DNA from: Candidatus Bathyarchaeota archaeon
GTDB taxonomy: Archaea > Thermoproteota > Bathyarchaeia > RBG-16-48-13 > GCA-020355125
NCBI GenBank assembly: GCA_026015035.1
Contig: JAOZHB010000061.1
Location: 4,424 to 68,423 of the forward strand
DNA: 64,000 nucleotides
Direction: 5' to 3'
The notes below the pieces were generated by a model. It was not told the DNA's origin and did not search any database. It worked only from the letters and a program-made list of their open reading frames with translations. Below, in pieces: positions 38,519-47,141 of this stretch (position 1 is the stretch's first letter; the number at the start of each line of letters is the position of its first letter). The position numbers and the translations under genes were made by a program.

Positions 38519-38765
38519 AGCCTTCCATGTACAATATAGTTATTTTTAAACCTTTCGATTCTATGTATTTATGTGTTAAACATGAGCACATTTACGGTAC
38601 TCGAAGGTCGAAAACGCTCGTTCCCGTTCGTTCACAGCAACGATGGAGACATTTAGTTTCTCACTGGTTTCTCCTTGAGATTCTCTATTCAGATCACAGC
38701 TTTCCTCACAATCTTTTTTTAGCTTGACGTTCATCGAGAAAATAACGAAAACGTCACGTCGTCTG

Positions 38766-38773
38766 GCTAGCTA
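38766..38773. repeat. GCTAGCTA tract flanked by ACGTCACG direct repeats
   Basis: ACGTCACGTCGTCTG-GCTAGCTA-CGTCACGGACG, in non-coding sequence. Confidence 0.7.
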
Positions 38774-38983
38774 CGTCACGGACGGGGGTTTGACTTAGCG
38801 CCTATTTTACGGTTCCTCTCTTCACATGCCTTCAAGACGACTCTGATTTAACTAGCTTTATCTCCTGAAGCATGCGAACCCTCGACTGCCCTTACCTCTC
38901 CTCTCAGAAGCCTTCTTTAACGTCTCGACCTTCGAAGCGATTCCTCATAATTTCAAATAAACGTTCACGATTTAGATGTCTGC

Positions 38984-39301
38984 CTAGTTTTTATGTCGGG
39001 ATATACGCGTCCTCTTCGCTTCACTTTTTCTCCATGCTCTCTTCCTCTTAGCCTTAAAAAAGGTTCTCTGAACTTGTTGTTCGCTATTCCGGTATTGGTC
39101 TATTTTGCGATAGAAGGTGGGGTAACTAACTTCGTTTCCTTTCAGAGAATGCATAATGTTATTCAATTCATGTCTGATCGTTTCATCGGGGTTGTCAGCC
39201 CAAGCCTTGGAGTAAGCTAAGTAGGCTGCGTATAAATTGAAATCTGAGGAATCTTCGATCAAAATCTTTTCTGGTTGGTCCTTCGTTTCGACGTCGTTCA
39301 T
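38984..39301 (-). CDS. Hypothetical protein (105 aa) with basic C-terminal tail
   Basis: Clean ORF with an acidic N-terminus, helical middle, and KAKRKRAWRKSEAKRTRISRHKN tail. Confidence 0.5.
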   Translation of the reverse strand: MNDVETKDQPEKILIEDSSDFNLYAAYLAYSKAWADNPDETIRHELNNIMHSLKGNEVSYPTFYRKIDQYRNSEQQVQRTFFKAKRKRAWRKSEAKRTRISRHKN

Positions 39302-39762
39302 GATAACTTCTACAAGGGATATCTCCTAATTTAAGTATTCGTTTTCCTTGTTACACGATAATCGTCGATATGTTCACTTCCCGCTTCATTGGAGGGAACT
39401 TATTGATTGTACATTGGGGTCAGGTCATCAAGGTTACCTCGGTCAAGGGGGTAAAACAAGAGCATTCGTTTTGAGAGTTCATCCTTTTCTGTTGGATTGA
39501 AGTGAGGTGAGACGTCGATGTGTGATCGAAGAGGTGCTAGAGTTATCCCCAGCATAGATAACTCTGTTAAATGCTATAGCTATCGTGATTCCGCGGTAAG
39601 CCCCGTAGCGAGGGAGATAGTCACCTTTTTTCTAATCACTCATCCATAGCCTTTATTACGAGCCCGTTACATTATGGGTTGAAGTCACCCGTGGAGTACT
39701 AGCTTTTCCGGCAGATGATTACCGACGTTAAAGGTGGAACTGGACGGGGGGTTTAATGCCTT

Positions 39763-40434
39763 ATGACAGAAGTGCCGAGAACAGAGATATATGACGGGCA
39801 GAGTAGGGGTCGCCCTCGAGGCAATTACCGACTCTTCAGAAACCCCCTCAAATCAATCGTGCTAATCGCTAAGAAACACGATATCGATCCGAATCTGTTG
39901 ATAGACGCCTTTGTCGAAGCATGGCGAAATAAGGTCTCTCACTGCGGAAGTTTAACAATCAGCTGCAGAACGGTAAATCAGGACTCTGCTACCTTTCTCC
40001 TGACCAACAAGGAGACGGTGATATCCCAGTTCCCCATCAAACAGGAGGCTCTGAGAATTCCCGACGCCTTTAGACACTACATCCAATACGTTCCGACACC
40101 TGCCCCCTCATCGGAGAAGAGTAAGCCAAGACGAAAGAAGATCAACGAGTTAAAATCAGGAATGAAAGGCGTCGGAGTCACAGCAAAAATCGTGACGATC
40201 CCCCCGAGGAAGTTGGTTGACACGCGGTGGGGCGGGCAATCCTACGTTTCGAACGTCAGTATCACCGATGAGACGGGGTCGATACAGCTTAGCTTGTGGA
40301 ATAATCAAATAGACAGCGTTCATGTTGGAGATGTGGTTGAAATAGAGAACGGTTACGTCGCTAGCTTCGCAGGCGAACCTCAATTGCGGCTGGGGAGAAA
40401 AGGCACCTTATCAACCATCAACGCTGAAGCATGA
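39763..40434 (+). CDS. OB-fold (RPA/SSB-like) protein with uncharacterised N-terminal domain
   Basis: 223 aa. The C-terminal 95 or so residues (GVGVTAKIVTI...ITDETGSIQLSLWNNQIDSVHVGDVVEIENGYV...LRLGRKGTL) repeat the D-E-T-G-S...LW pattern of the RPA OB folds at 7760-9769. The N-terminal 125 or so residues are unmatched. Confidence 0.7.
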   Translation: MTEVPRTEIYDGQSRGRPRGNYRLFRNPLKSIVLIAKKHDIDPNLLIDAFVEAWRNKVSHCGSLTISCRTVNQDSATFLLTNKETVISQFPIKQEALRIPDAFRHYIQYVPTPAPSSEKSKPRRKKINELKSGMKGVGVTAKIVTIPPRKLVDTRWGGQSYVSNVSITDETGSIQLSLWNNQIDSVHVGDVVEIENGYVASFAGEPQLRLGRKGTLSTINAEA

Positions 40435-40520
40435 TTATAGCACCGCAGGGCATAAACCTATACTTCCCCGCTTAATCTCAAAGCACGCCTTCTATTCGCT
40501 TTCCACAGGCTAACGCCGTT

Positions 40521-40545
40521 GCTAGCGGGCTAGCTAACTCTAGCT
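40521..40545. repeat. Cluster GCTAGC-GG-GCTAGCTA-ACTC-TAGCT
   Basis: Three AGCT-register fragments within 25 nt, in the convergent spacer between the stops at 40434 (+) and 40713 (-). Confidence 0.75.
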
Positions 40546-40712
40546 GGGATAAAAGCAACGTAACACTCTTGAATGCTGATTTTATACCCAAGACTTCAGT
40601 TCCAAATTAGTAGCAGACGCTTTCAAGATACCCCGTTTGTCCTGTCCCTACGTTAGCAACAACCTGTTTTCAGAGTGGTTAGGGTTGATGATAAAAAAAA
40701 AGGGATGCGATT

Positions 40713-40901
40713 TCAGGATCCCGTTTTTGATGCTTGTTGTCCACGCATACCCCAATTAGTCTTGGGGACGTCATGGATGATGATGGTCAGATGTTCGGGT
40801 GCAACCCCGATCTCTCCAAACGCTTTGGTTATGCTCTTAATCAGCTTTTCCTTCTGTTCCGCACTTCGGCCTTCCCACATGTTAACTTCAACTACGGGCA
40901 C
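40713..40901 (-). CDS. 4-oxalocrotonate tautomerase family enzyme
   Basis: ORF 40713..40910. Starting at the second GTG (40901) gives M-PVVEVNMWEGRSAEQKEKLIKSITKAF, placing the family's catalytic Pro directly after the initiator Met. Confidence 0.8.
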   Translation of the reverse strand: MPVVEVNMWEGRSAEQKEKLIKSITKAFGEIGVAPEHLTIIIHDVPKTNWGMRGQQASKTGS

Positions 40902-41438
40902 ATACCTCACCTGACTTTAGTGAGAGGCGTCTGTGCTTATTTAATGTGCCTCCCGTTGATTCTTGGCTTCAATTCGGAAAATCAAGTCTTCTCTCCTCTT
41001 TTTAACACGACGAGGGGATTGTTTGCCATCAGCATTTGTGTAAAAAACAGAGAGCGGGGAAGCGGACAACTGTTTCTGACGCTTTTTCATCCGAAGATTT
41101 CTGTTTCTTCTCAGTCTTTTGCGTGGCAACCGCCTCTCACAGCAATCGGTTAAGCGTGGGCTCAGGAGTGTCACTGTTCATTGACGGCTTAATCGACGTT
41201 ATGAATGTCATGACAACGGTATTGTGTGTGTGAAAGTAGGCAGAGGCAGAATGTTCCCGGGATCTGCGGTGGTACACGGTTAGAATCCAGGACAAGGCAC
41301 GATAGTCAATGTAATCCGTTACAGGCTATGAGGCTTTGCTGCGCTGTTGGTTCTATCTGTGTGGGAGGTATTATCGGAGAAAACTTTATGTAGTATGAAG
41401 TATTATTCATATGAAGAGAATTTCAACTATGGGGTGGA

Positions 41439-41759
41439 TTGATGAAGAGGGGGCTAACTGATCTCTGCTACGGCTTCTTCTCCACGCTGGCTAACCCAAC
41501 TCGGCTTGCCATACTGGAGGCGCTTAGCAAATCAGACATGAGTGTGACCCAGCTCGCGAACGCCTTAGGCCAGGAGCAGAGCATGGTGTCCCATAATCTC
41601 CGACCGCTAGAACGATGCAAGTTCATCTACTTCGAGCGAAGGGGCAAGTTAAAAGTCTACAGCCTTAACCGTGACACCGTGGAAACACTTTTCCACGCCG
41701 TAGAGAATCATGCGCAGAACCACTGCCTCTTCGGAGGAACCTGCCCCTACTCCCATTAA
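41439..41759 (+). CDS. ArsR/SmtB-family winged-helix transcriptional regulator
   Basis: 106 aa with FSTLANPTRLAILEALSKSDMSVTQLANALGQEQSMVSHNLRPL. It lies immediately upstream of hcp. Confidence 0.85.
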   Translation: MMKRGLTDLCYGFFSTLANPTRLAILEALSKSDMSVTQLANALGQEQSMVSHNLRPLERCKFIYFERRGKLKVYSLNRDTVETLFHAVENHAQNHCLFGGTCPYSH

Positions 41760-41786
41760 TCCACGTAAAAAGGAGGTATAACAAAA

Positions 41787-43415
41787 GTGTTTTGTAACCA
41801 ATGTGAACAAACGGCACAGGGCATTGGCTGCAGCGTCCGGGGCGTATGTGGAAAGAGCCCCGAAGTCGCCGCGCTTCATGACCTGTTAATCCACTCGTTA
41901 AAAGGGCTCTCCCTGTATGGAGTCGAAGCCCGAAAATACGGTATACTCGATGAGGAGGTGAACCGGTTCACCGTCGAAGCCGCATTCGCCACCCTGACCA
42001 ACGTAAACTTTGATCCGTCGCGATTTGTCAAGTTCACACGCCAATCCATCGAGATGAGGGACACCCTCAAAGCCAGGATCAAGGCAGCGGGCGGACGCAT
42101 CGATTTCACGGAAGACGCGGCTACCTGGACCCCTGCCCTGACCTTGGACGCGATGATTAAGCAGGGGGAAAGCGTTGGGTTAAAAGCGGATGTAAGCGAC
42201 AACCCCGATATCCAGTCCCTCCACCAGATCCTCCTCTTCGGCGTAAAGGGGGTCTCCGCGTACGCCGACCACGCCCTCCTCCTGGGACAGAAGGATGATA
42301 GCGTATTCGCTTTCATCCACGAAGCATTGGCAGCAACCTTGAACCCGGATCTCACGGTTAACGAACTCGTCGCCTTGGTCTTGGAATGCGGTAAAACCAA
42401 TCTCCGCGCCATGGAGCTGCTTGACGCCGCCAATACAGGAGCCTACGGTCACCCCGTCCCGACCACAGTTCCACTGGGAGTGAAGAAGGGAAAGGCCATC
42501 CTCGTGTCGGGCCACGACCTCAAGGACTTGGAGGCGATCCTGAAGCAGACCGAGGGAAAAGGCATCTACGTGTACACCCACGGAGAGATGCTGCCCACCC
42601 ACGGGTATCCCCGACTAAAGGAGCATTCCCACTTCTACGGACACTACGGAACCGCCTGGCAGAACCAGCGAAGAGAGTTCGCCGCGTTTCCCGGAGCCAT
42701 CCTCATGACCACCAACTGCATCCAGCAGCCATTAGACTCCTATAAAAATAAGATCTTCACCACCGGCCTCGTCGGATATCCAGGCGTCCAACACATCTCG
42801 AGTTCTGACTTCACTCCTGTTATCGAGAAAGCGTTGGAGATGCCCGGGTTCCCCGAAGACCAGTCAGGGAAGTCCGTGACCGTGGGCTTCGGCCACAACG
42901 CCGTGTTGAACGTGGCTGGCGACGTGGTGAACGCCGTGAAGAACAAGGCCATCCACCACTTCTTCCTGGTCGCGGGATGCGACGGAGCGAAAGCCGGTCG
43001 CAACTACTACACCGAGTTCGTGGAGAAGGTGCCTGCGGACTGCGTCGTATTGACCTTGGCCTGCGGTAAGTTCCGATTCTTCGACAAAGACCTCGGCAAC
43101 ATCGGAGGCATCCCCCGCCTCCTCGACGTCGGACAATGCAACGACGCCTACTCCGCCATCCAAATCGTGTTGGCGCTGGCCAAGGCGTTTGACGTGGGGG
43201 TCAATGAACTCCCACTCTCTCTGGTGCTCTCATGGTACGAACAGAAGGCCGTGGCAATCCTGTTGACGCTGCTCTACCTCGGTGTCAAGAACATCCGGTT
43301 GGGACCCAGCCTCCCCGCATTCATCACCCCAAACATTCTAAAAACCTTAGTGAGTACTTTCAACATCATGCCGATCACCACACCCAACGAGGACCTCAAA
43401 GCCATACTCGACTAA
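41787..43415 (+). CDS. hcp: Hybrid-cluster protein (hydroxylamine reductase)
   Basis: 542 aa with a GTG start, the N-terminal Cys cluster MFCNQCEQTAQGIGCSVRGVCGK, and a length and architecture typical of Hcp. Confidence 0.95.
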   Translation: MFCNQCEQTAQGIGCSVRGVCGKSPEVAALHDLLIHSLKGLSLYGVEARKYGILDEEVNRFTVEAAFATLTNVNFDPSRFVKFTRQSIEMRDTLKARIKAAGGRIDFTEDAATWTPALTLDAMIKQGESVGLKADVSDNPDIQSLHQILLFGVKGVSAYADHALLLGQKDDSVFAFIHEALAATLNPDLTVNELVALVLECGKTNLRAMELLDAANTGAYGHPVPTTVPLGVKKGKAILVSGHDLKDLEAILKQTEGKGIYVYTHGEMLPTHGYPRLKEHSHFYGHYGTAWQNQRREFAAFPGAILMTTNCIQQPLDSYKNKIFTTGLVGYPGVQHISSSDFTPVIEKALEMPGFPEDQSGKSVTVGFGHNAVLNVAGDVVNAVKNKAIHHFFLVAGCDGAKAGRNYYTEFVEKVPADCVVLTLACGKFRFFDKDLGNIGGIPRLLDVGQCNDAYSAIQIVLALAKAFDVGVNELPLSLVLSWYEQKAVAILLTLLYLGVKNIRLGPSLPAFITPNILKTLVSTFNIMPITTPNEDLKAILD

Positions 43416-43549
43416 ACACCTTCACAGGACAACGCTCAACAAAACGTGGTGGAGATACCTCTAACAACCTTGAACTACCACCTTCGTCATGCACCATCCC
43501 TCTCAAGAATGCCTTGTAGCTAAATATCTCCTGCAAACATCTCCCCCTC

Positions 43550-43556
43550 TTTTTTT
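43550..43556 (+). terminator. T7 tract downstream of hcp
   Basis: CTCCCCCTC-TTTTTTT lies about 135 nt after the hcp stop. Oligo-T is the archaeal intrinsic terminator signal. Confidence 0.3.
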
Positions 43557-43754
43557 CATTACAATATTTACATTTACATTGTTACTAAGGTGAACCTTTT
43601 TCGATTTGGGGGGGAACTGCTGATAAAGAAAACGTGCTAAACAAGTTGACGCATAAACAAAGTATACGTTAAAGGCTATCGTTATAAGCCTACCATCATA
43701 TCATGTTATACGAAATCTACCCCGTTGTACATGAATGCTTTTATCACAGTCCAT

Positions 43755-43764
43755 TAGCTAGCTA
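43755..43764. repeat. (AGCT)n tract TAGCTAGCTA within 12-nt palindrome TTAGCTAGCTAA
   Basis: 10 nt in register, in the hcp-PAC2 spacer. Confidence 0.85.
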
Positions 43765-43879
43765 ATCCCTCAAGGAACAACCGTAAGTACGTCACATTCC
43801 GCCCACTCACAACCGTACCCTGATAACCGAAAATGATGCACATAACCTATTAACCCGTACAACCAACAAATAATACACT

Positions 43880-44689
43880 TTGGAAACGTGTTTGGGAAGT
43901 GTGCGTGAGCTGTTGGAAACCTTTATCAAAGAACGAAGGACGGTAACTCTGAGGAATCCGATTCTGATCGTTGGATTCCCGGGCTTAGGATCTATTGGAA
44001 AGATCGCTATAACTTACCTGAGGCAGCAGTTGAAAGCGAAGACGTTGGCTGACCTATACTCTCCCCACTTTCCCCATCACGTCGTTGTCAGTTCAAGTGG
44101 GAGAGTGAGACTTCCCCGGGCACAGTTCTATCTTTGGAGAAATCCTCAGCAGGGGAAAAATGATCTGATCCTCGTCACTGGTGACTGCCAAGCCCAGGGT
44201 TTTGAAGGCCAATACGCGGTGGTCGATGCGATCCTAAACTATGCAGGGCAACGCGGTGTGAAGACAGTGATAACGATTGGTGGATTCAGGATCAAGAGTG
44301 GCGCAACTGAGCCGAAGGTGGTTTCCACCTCGTCAAACCGCACTATACTCGAGACGATGCTGACGGCGGGGGCAGAGCGGAGTCCTGTGGGGAACCCCAT
44401 CGTGGGATTCGCAGGTCTAGCCTTAGGACTCGCTAGGTTTAGGAAGATGAAGGCCGCGTGCTTGTTGGGTGAAACCGTAGGTTACATGCCTGACCCAAAA
44501 GCAGCTAAAGCCGTATTAAACGTTCTAAGGCAGTTCCTTGGCATCGCATTGGATCTGTCTTCGTTAGACAAGGAAGTAGAACGATTAGGAGGAGTATTGA
44601 GCCGAATGGACGATTTACAGCTGGAAATGGAGATCTTGGCAAAAGAACGGGCTGAAATCGAGGGACGAAAAATAACCTACATCAGCTGA
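43880..44689 (+). CDS. PAC2-family protein (proteasome assembly chaperone-like, COG1938)
   Basis: 269 aa with NPILIVGFPGLGSIGKIA, the family's N-terminal signature, and a C-terminal coiled coil. Confidence 0.75.
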   Translation: METCLGSVRELLETFIKERRTVTLRNPILIVGFPGLGSIGKIAITYLRQQLKAKTLADLYSPHFPHHVVVSSSGRVRLPRAQFYLWRNPQQGKNDLILVTGDCQAQGFEGQYAVVDAILNYAGQRGVKTVITIGGFRIKSGATEPKVVSTSSNRTILETMLTAGAERSPVGNPIVGFAGLALGLARFRKMKAACLLGETVGYMPDPKAAKAVLNVLRQFLGIALDLSSLDKEVERLGGVLSRMDDLQLEMEILAKERAEIEGRKITYIS

Positions 44690-44976
44690 TAAACCACGAA
44701 AGCCCCTCCACCAATAATCGAATCTCCTCCTTCATCCCTGTCTTTCATTACATCGATGCTTTGACTTAGCATTGGCAATCTCCGTTCACGCTCCTTGGAG
44801 TTGAAGTCTTTATCCGTCTGAGATCCGGGAATCCTTTTTTACGAAAATATCCTTGTCCTTCAATCACCGTCGAGGGAACTTTAGTTTGTGATTGGTCGTT
44901 GAGGCCTTTCGGGTTGAGCATCGCTGACCTGAAAGCTTAAAGCTTGCATGTTCGTAGGTTTTTATGGTGATTTCTG

Positions 44977-46440
44977 TTGATTAGCTTGCTTGAGGTGGCT
45001 GACAGGGCGTACACGGGCCCGAAGGCAAGTGAAAAGGCGTGGAATTTGATGCTGTTCCGGAAGATACGGGAGCTCATCGAGAGGTTTCAGCTGGGTTACT
45101 CGGGTTCTGATAGGTACTTTAATGTGGATGACGAGGAGGTCGATCGCTTCTTCGAGGCGGGTGTGGCGCTTCTATCCGAATTGGGTGTTTACTGCTTCAC
45201 GACGAACCGGGTCATTCACTTCAATGTTGATGAGGTGCTCACGGCTGTCAGGTCGGCGTTTGAGGAACTCGTTGTTGGGGAGGGCGTGGATCGACGGGTG
45301 ATACGGAAGAGGCGGTTGGAAGACACGAAGTTGGTTAACTTCCATATGGGTGGTCACTGTCCTTGGCCTCAAGAGAAGGCATCCACCATCATGGCGGCCT
45401 TCGCCAGCGTACGGAGGAACGATTACATCGAGGGCTTCAATCTGACCGCTATCGATGGCTATGAGCTTCGAGGTGACGCCTTCGCCGCGTACGCCAGTCG
45501 GAGGACGATCGAGATCATGCGGGAGGCGGTTGGGAGGGGAGGTCGACCAGGGATGGCCATCGCTCTGTATCCCATCCTGACGCGGGCAGGATGCATGCTG
45601 GCTCCCCTCGACCCTGCAAACGCCTTGCGGAGGAGCGATGGTGTACTCCTCTCCACCCAGAGGGATCTGAAGGTAGAGGACAACTTCATACAGACCGCGA
45701 TCATCCTTGAGCGGTACGGAAGCTTCAGGCTGAATGGAGGGACTTCCTCCGTCATCGGTGGATTCTGCGGGCCTACAGAAGGGGCGATGCTCGAAACCAT
45801 CGCTAAGCACTTGGTAGGTTGGATCTGCTATCGGGACCACTTTTCCTATGGGCCTAACGTCCAAACTCAAGCCGAGCTTTTATCTGGGAGGAACCCCCTT
45901 TTACGAGTCAAGAAGGAGGATCTCCCTCCCAACTGGGTCACCTACGTCATCGCTCGAGCAATCCAGAGGAACACCAATCTCATTGTTTTTGGCGCTGGCT
46001 TCCGCGGAGAGCCGGGCGTTGGAGGATCGGGGAGTGTTACGAGCTTGCTTTCCTTGGCGAGGAATATCGTCGCAACCACGGTCTTGGGAAGCAACGTAAG
46101 TGGCGGCTTCACGCCGTACCACGGGGAATGGCTGGTTCAGGTCTCGGATGCCACGGTCAAGGCACGGGTCAAAGGAGAAGAGGTCAAGGGGATTATGGAG
46201 AGGATCGACAACGTCATTCAGGAGAAACGACTTGAGGAGCCCATGTCCACCAACCGGGCTTTCGTCGGCGACCGTCGAATGATGGCTTACAGAATGGACT
46301 TCGACGAGTACATGAAACCCCTGACGGCCCTCTATGACTTCGAGAGACAGAAGCCAAAAGACTCCCTAGTGCAGAACATGGGAGAAGCAAGCAGCATACT
46401 CGCCGACTTGGGCATCGATGTAGAAACCGCAGCGAGCTAG
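44977..46440 (+). CDS. Monomethylamine methyltransferase MtmB homolog lacking pyrrolysine
   Basis: 487 aa. DRAYTGPKASEKAWNLM...FFEAGVALLSELGVYCFTTNRVIHFNVDEV...ELVVGEGVDRRVIRKRR...GGRPGMAIALYP...IGGFCGPTEGAMLETIAKHL is collinear with the Methanosarcina MtmB blocks recalled from memory. There is no in-frame TAG. Confidence 0.75.
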   Translation: MISLLEVADRAYTGPKASEKAWNLMLFRKIRELIERFQLGYSGSDRYFNVDDEEVDRFFEAGVALLSELGVYCFTTNRVIHFNVDEVLTAVRSAFEELVVGEGVDRRVIRKRRLEDTKLVNFHMGGHCPWPQEKASTIMAAFASVRRNDYIEGFNLTAIDGYELRGDAFAAYASRRTIEIMREAVGRGGRPGMAIALYPILTRAGCMLAPLDPANALRRSDGVLLSTQRDLKVEDNFIQTAIILERYGSFRLNGGTSSVIGGFCGPTEGAMLETIAKHLVGWICYRDHFSYGPNVQTQAELLSGRNPLLRVKKEDLPPNWVTYVIARAIQRNTNLIVFGAGFRGEPGVGGSGSVTSLLSLARNIVATTVLGSNVSGGFTPYHGEWLVQVSDATVKARVKGEEVKGIMERIDNVIQEKRLEEPMSTNRAFVGDRRMMAYRMDFDEYMKPLTALYDFERQKPKDSLVQNMGEASSILADLGIDVETAAS

Positions 46441-46580
46441 CCTTCCATTGGGTTACTCGGGACCTCACAAAATCATGGGTTCCGTTTCCTTCTTTCAGGC
46501 AGGTACGCTGTCTCCGTTGTGGTCATCGGAATGAATCTTTTTATCTTCCTTCATTCCCTTATCTACTTCAGAGCGTCGAG

Positions 46581-47141
46581 GTGTTTTACGTGAGTGGCTA
46601 CCCAACGATGTCGATTGACGATGTGGATTTTGATTTTGAGAACCTATCCGCTAAGATCGTTGCTTCGCAAAACATCCAGGACCTGAAGGTTGCGGGAGTG
46701 GATGTTGGCCCCATTGAGGAGGGGCAGGAGCTGGACACGCGGTATTGGATAGCCTCCCGACTGGTTTCTGCGGGGTTGGCTAGCTTTCGCGATGATGGCT
46801 TAATGACCTTCAACGTCCTCTACAAGATTCAGTGGAAGGAGACCAAGCTTCAGATGGGGCGAAGGATTTCTTCTCTTCCAGAGTACTTTTACCCTCGACT
46901 TCGACGATACTTGAGTCAGTTGAAGGAGAAGGCGTCGACGGACGCCACGCGTGCAAGTGAGTACAACAATGCCCTGAGGCTCTCCCACGATGTGGTGAAT
47001 TGTCGATTGAAGAAGATCGTCAGCCTCTCCGCGTCCTCAGCCCAGACGGAAGACCTTCTTCAAAACCTCTCTAAGGAAGAACGAATTCTCTACGAGCGGC
47101 TGCACGCCATCGTTTCCGCGTGGCGATCCAAGATATTTTAA
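46581..47141 (+). CDS. GINS subunit, Gins23 (Psf2/Psf3-like) type
   Basis: 186 aa with GQELDTRYWIASRLVSAGLASF (B-domain pattern) and EERILYERLHAIVSAWR (A-domain). Located directly upstream of mcm. Alternative start ATG 46608. Confidence 0.7.
   Translation: MFYVSGYPTMSIDDVDFDFENLSAKIVASQNIQDLKVAGVDVGPIEEGQELDTRYWIASRLVSAGLASFRDDGLMTFNVLYKIQWKETKLQMGRRISSLPEYFYPRLRRYLSQLKEKASTDATRASEYNNALRLSHDVVNCRLKKIVSLSASSAQTEDLLQNLSKEERILYERLHAIVSAWRSKIF

Noticed and set aside
38527-38727. 66-aa plus-strand ORF
   Set aside because: The AT-rich promoter-like region of the RHH gene lies at its 5' end. It has no RBS and an unconvincing sequence.
40941-41174. 77-aa extremely basic ORF (minus strand)
   Set aside because: Arg/Lys low-complexity sequence with no RBS and no recognisable fold. 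It may be a spurious frame in the spacer between the 4-OT and ArsR genes.
41876-42602. 185-aa and 140-aa minus-strand ORFs
   Set aside because: Antisense to hcp, whose identity is unambiguous.
45172-45870. 232-aa minus-strand ORF
   Set aside because: Antisense to the MtmB-like gene, with Pro/Gly/Arg-rich shadow-frame composition.
44977-46440. In-frame amber (pyrrolysine) codon in the MtmB homolog
   Set aside because: The frame is uninterrupted. The Pyl-equivalent position is a sense codon (Ala), and the upstream in-frame TAG at 44971-44973 lies before any start codon.
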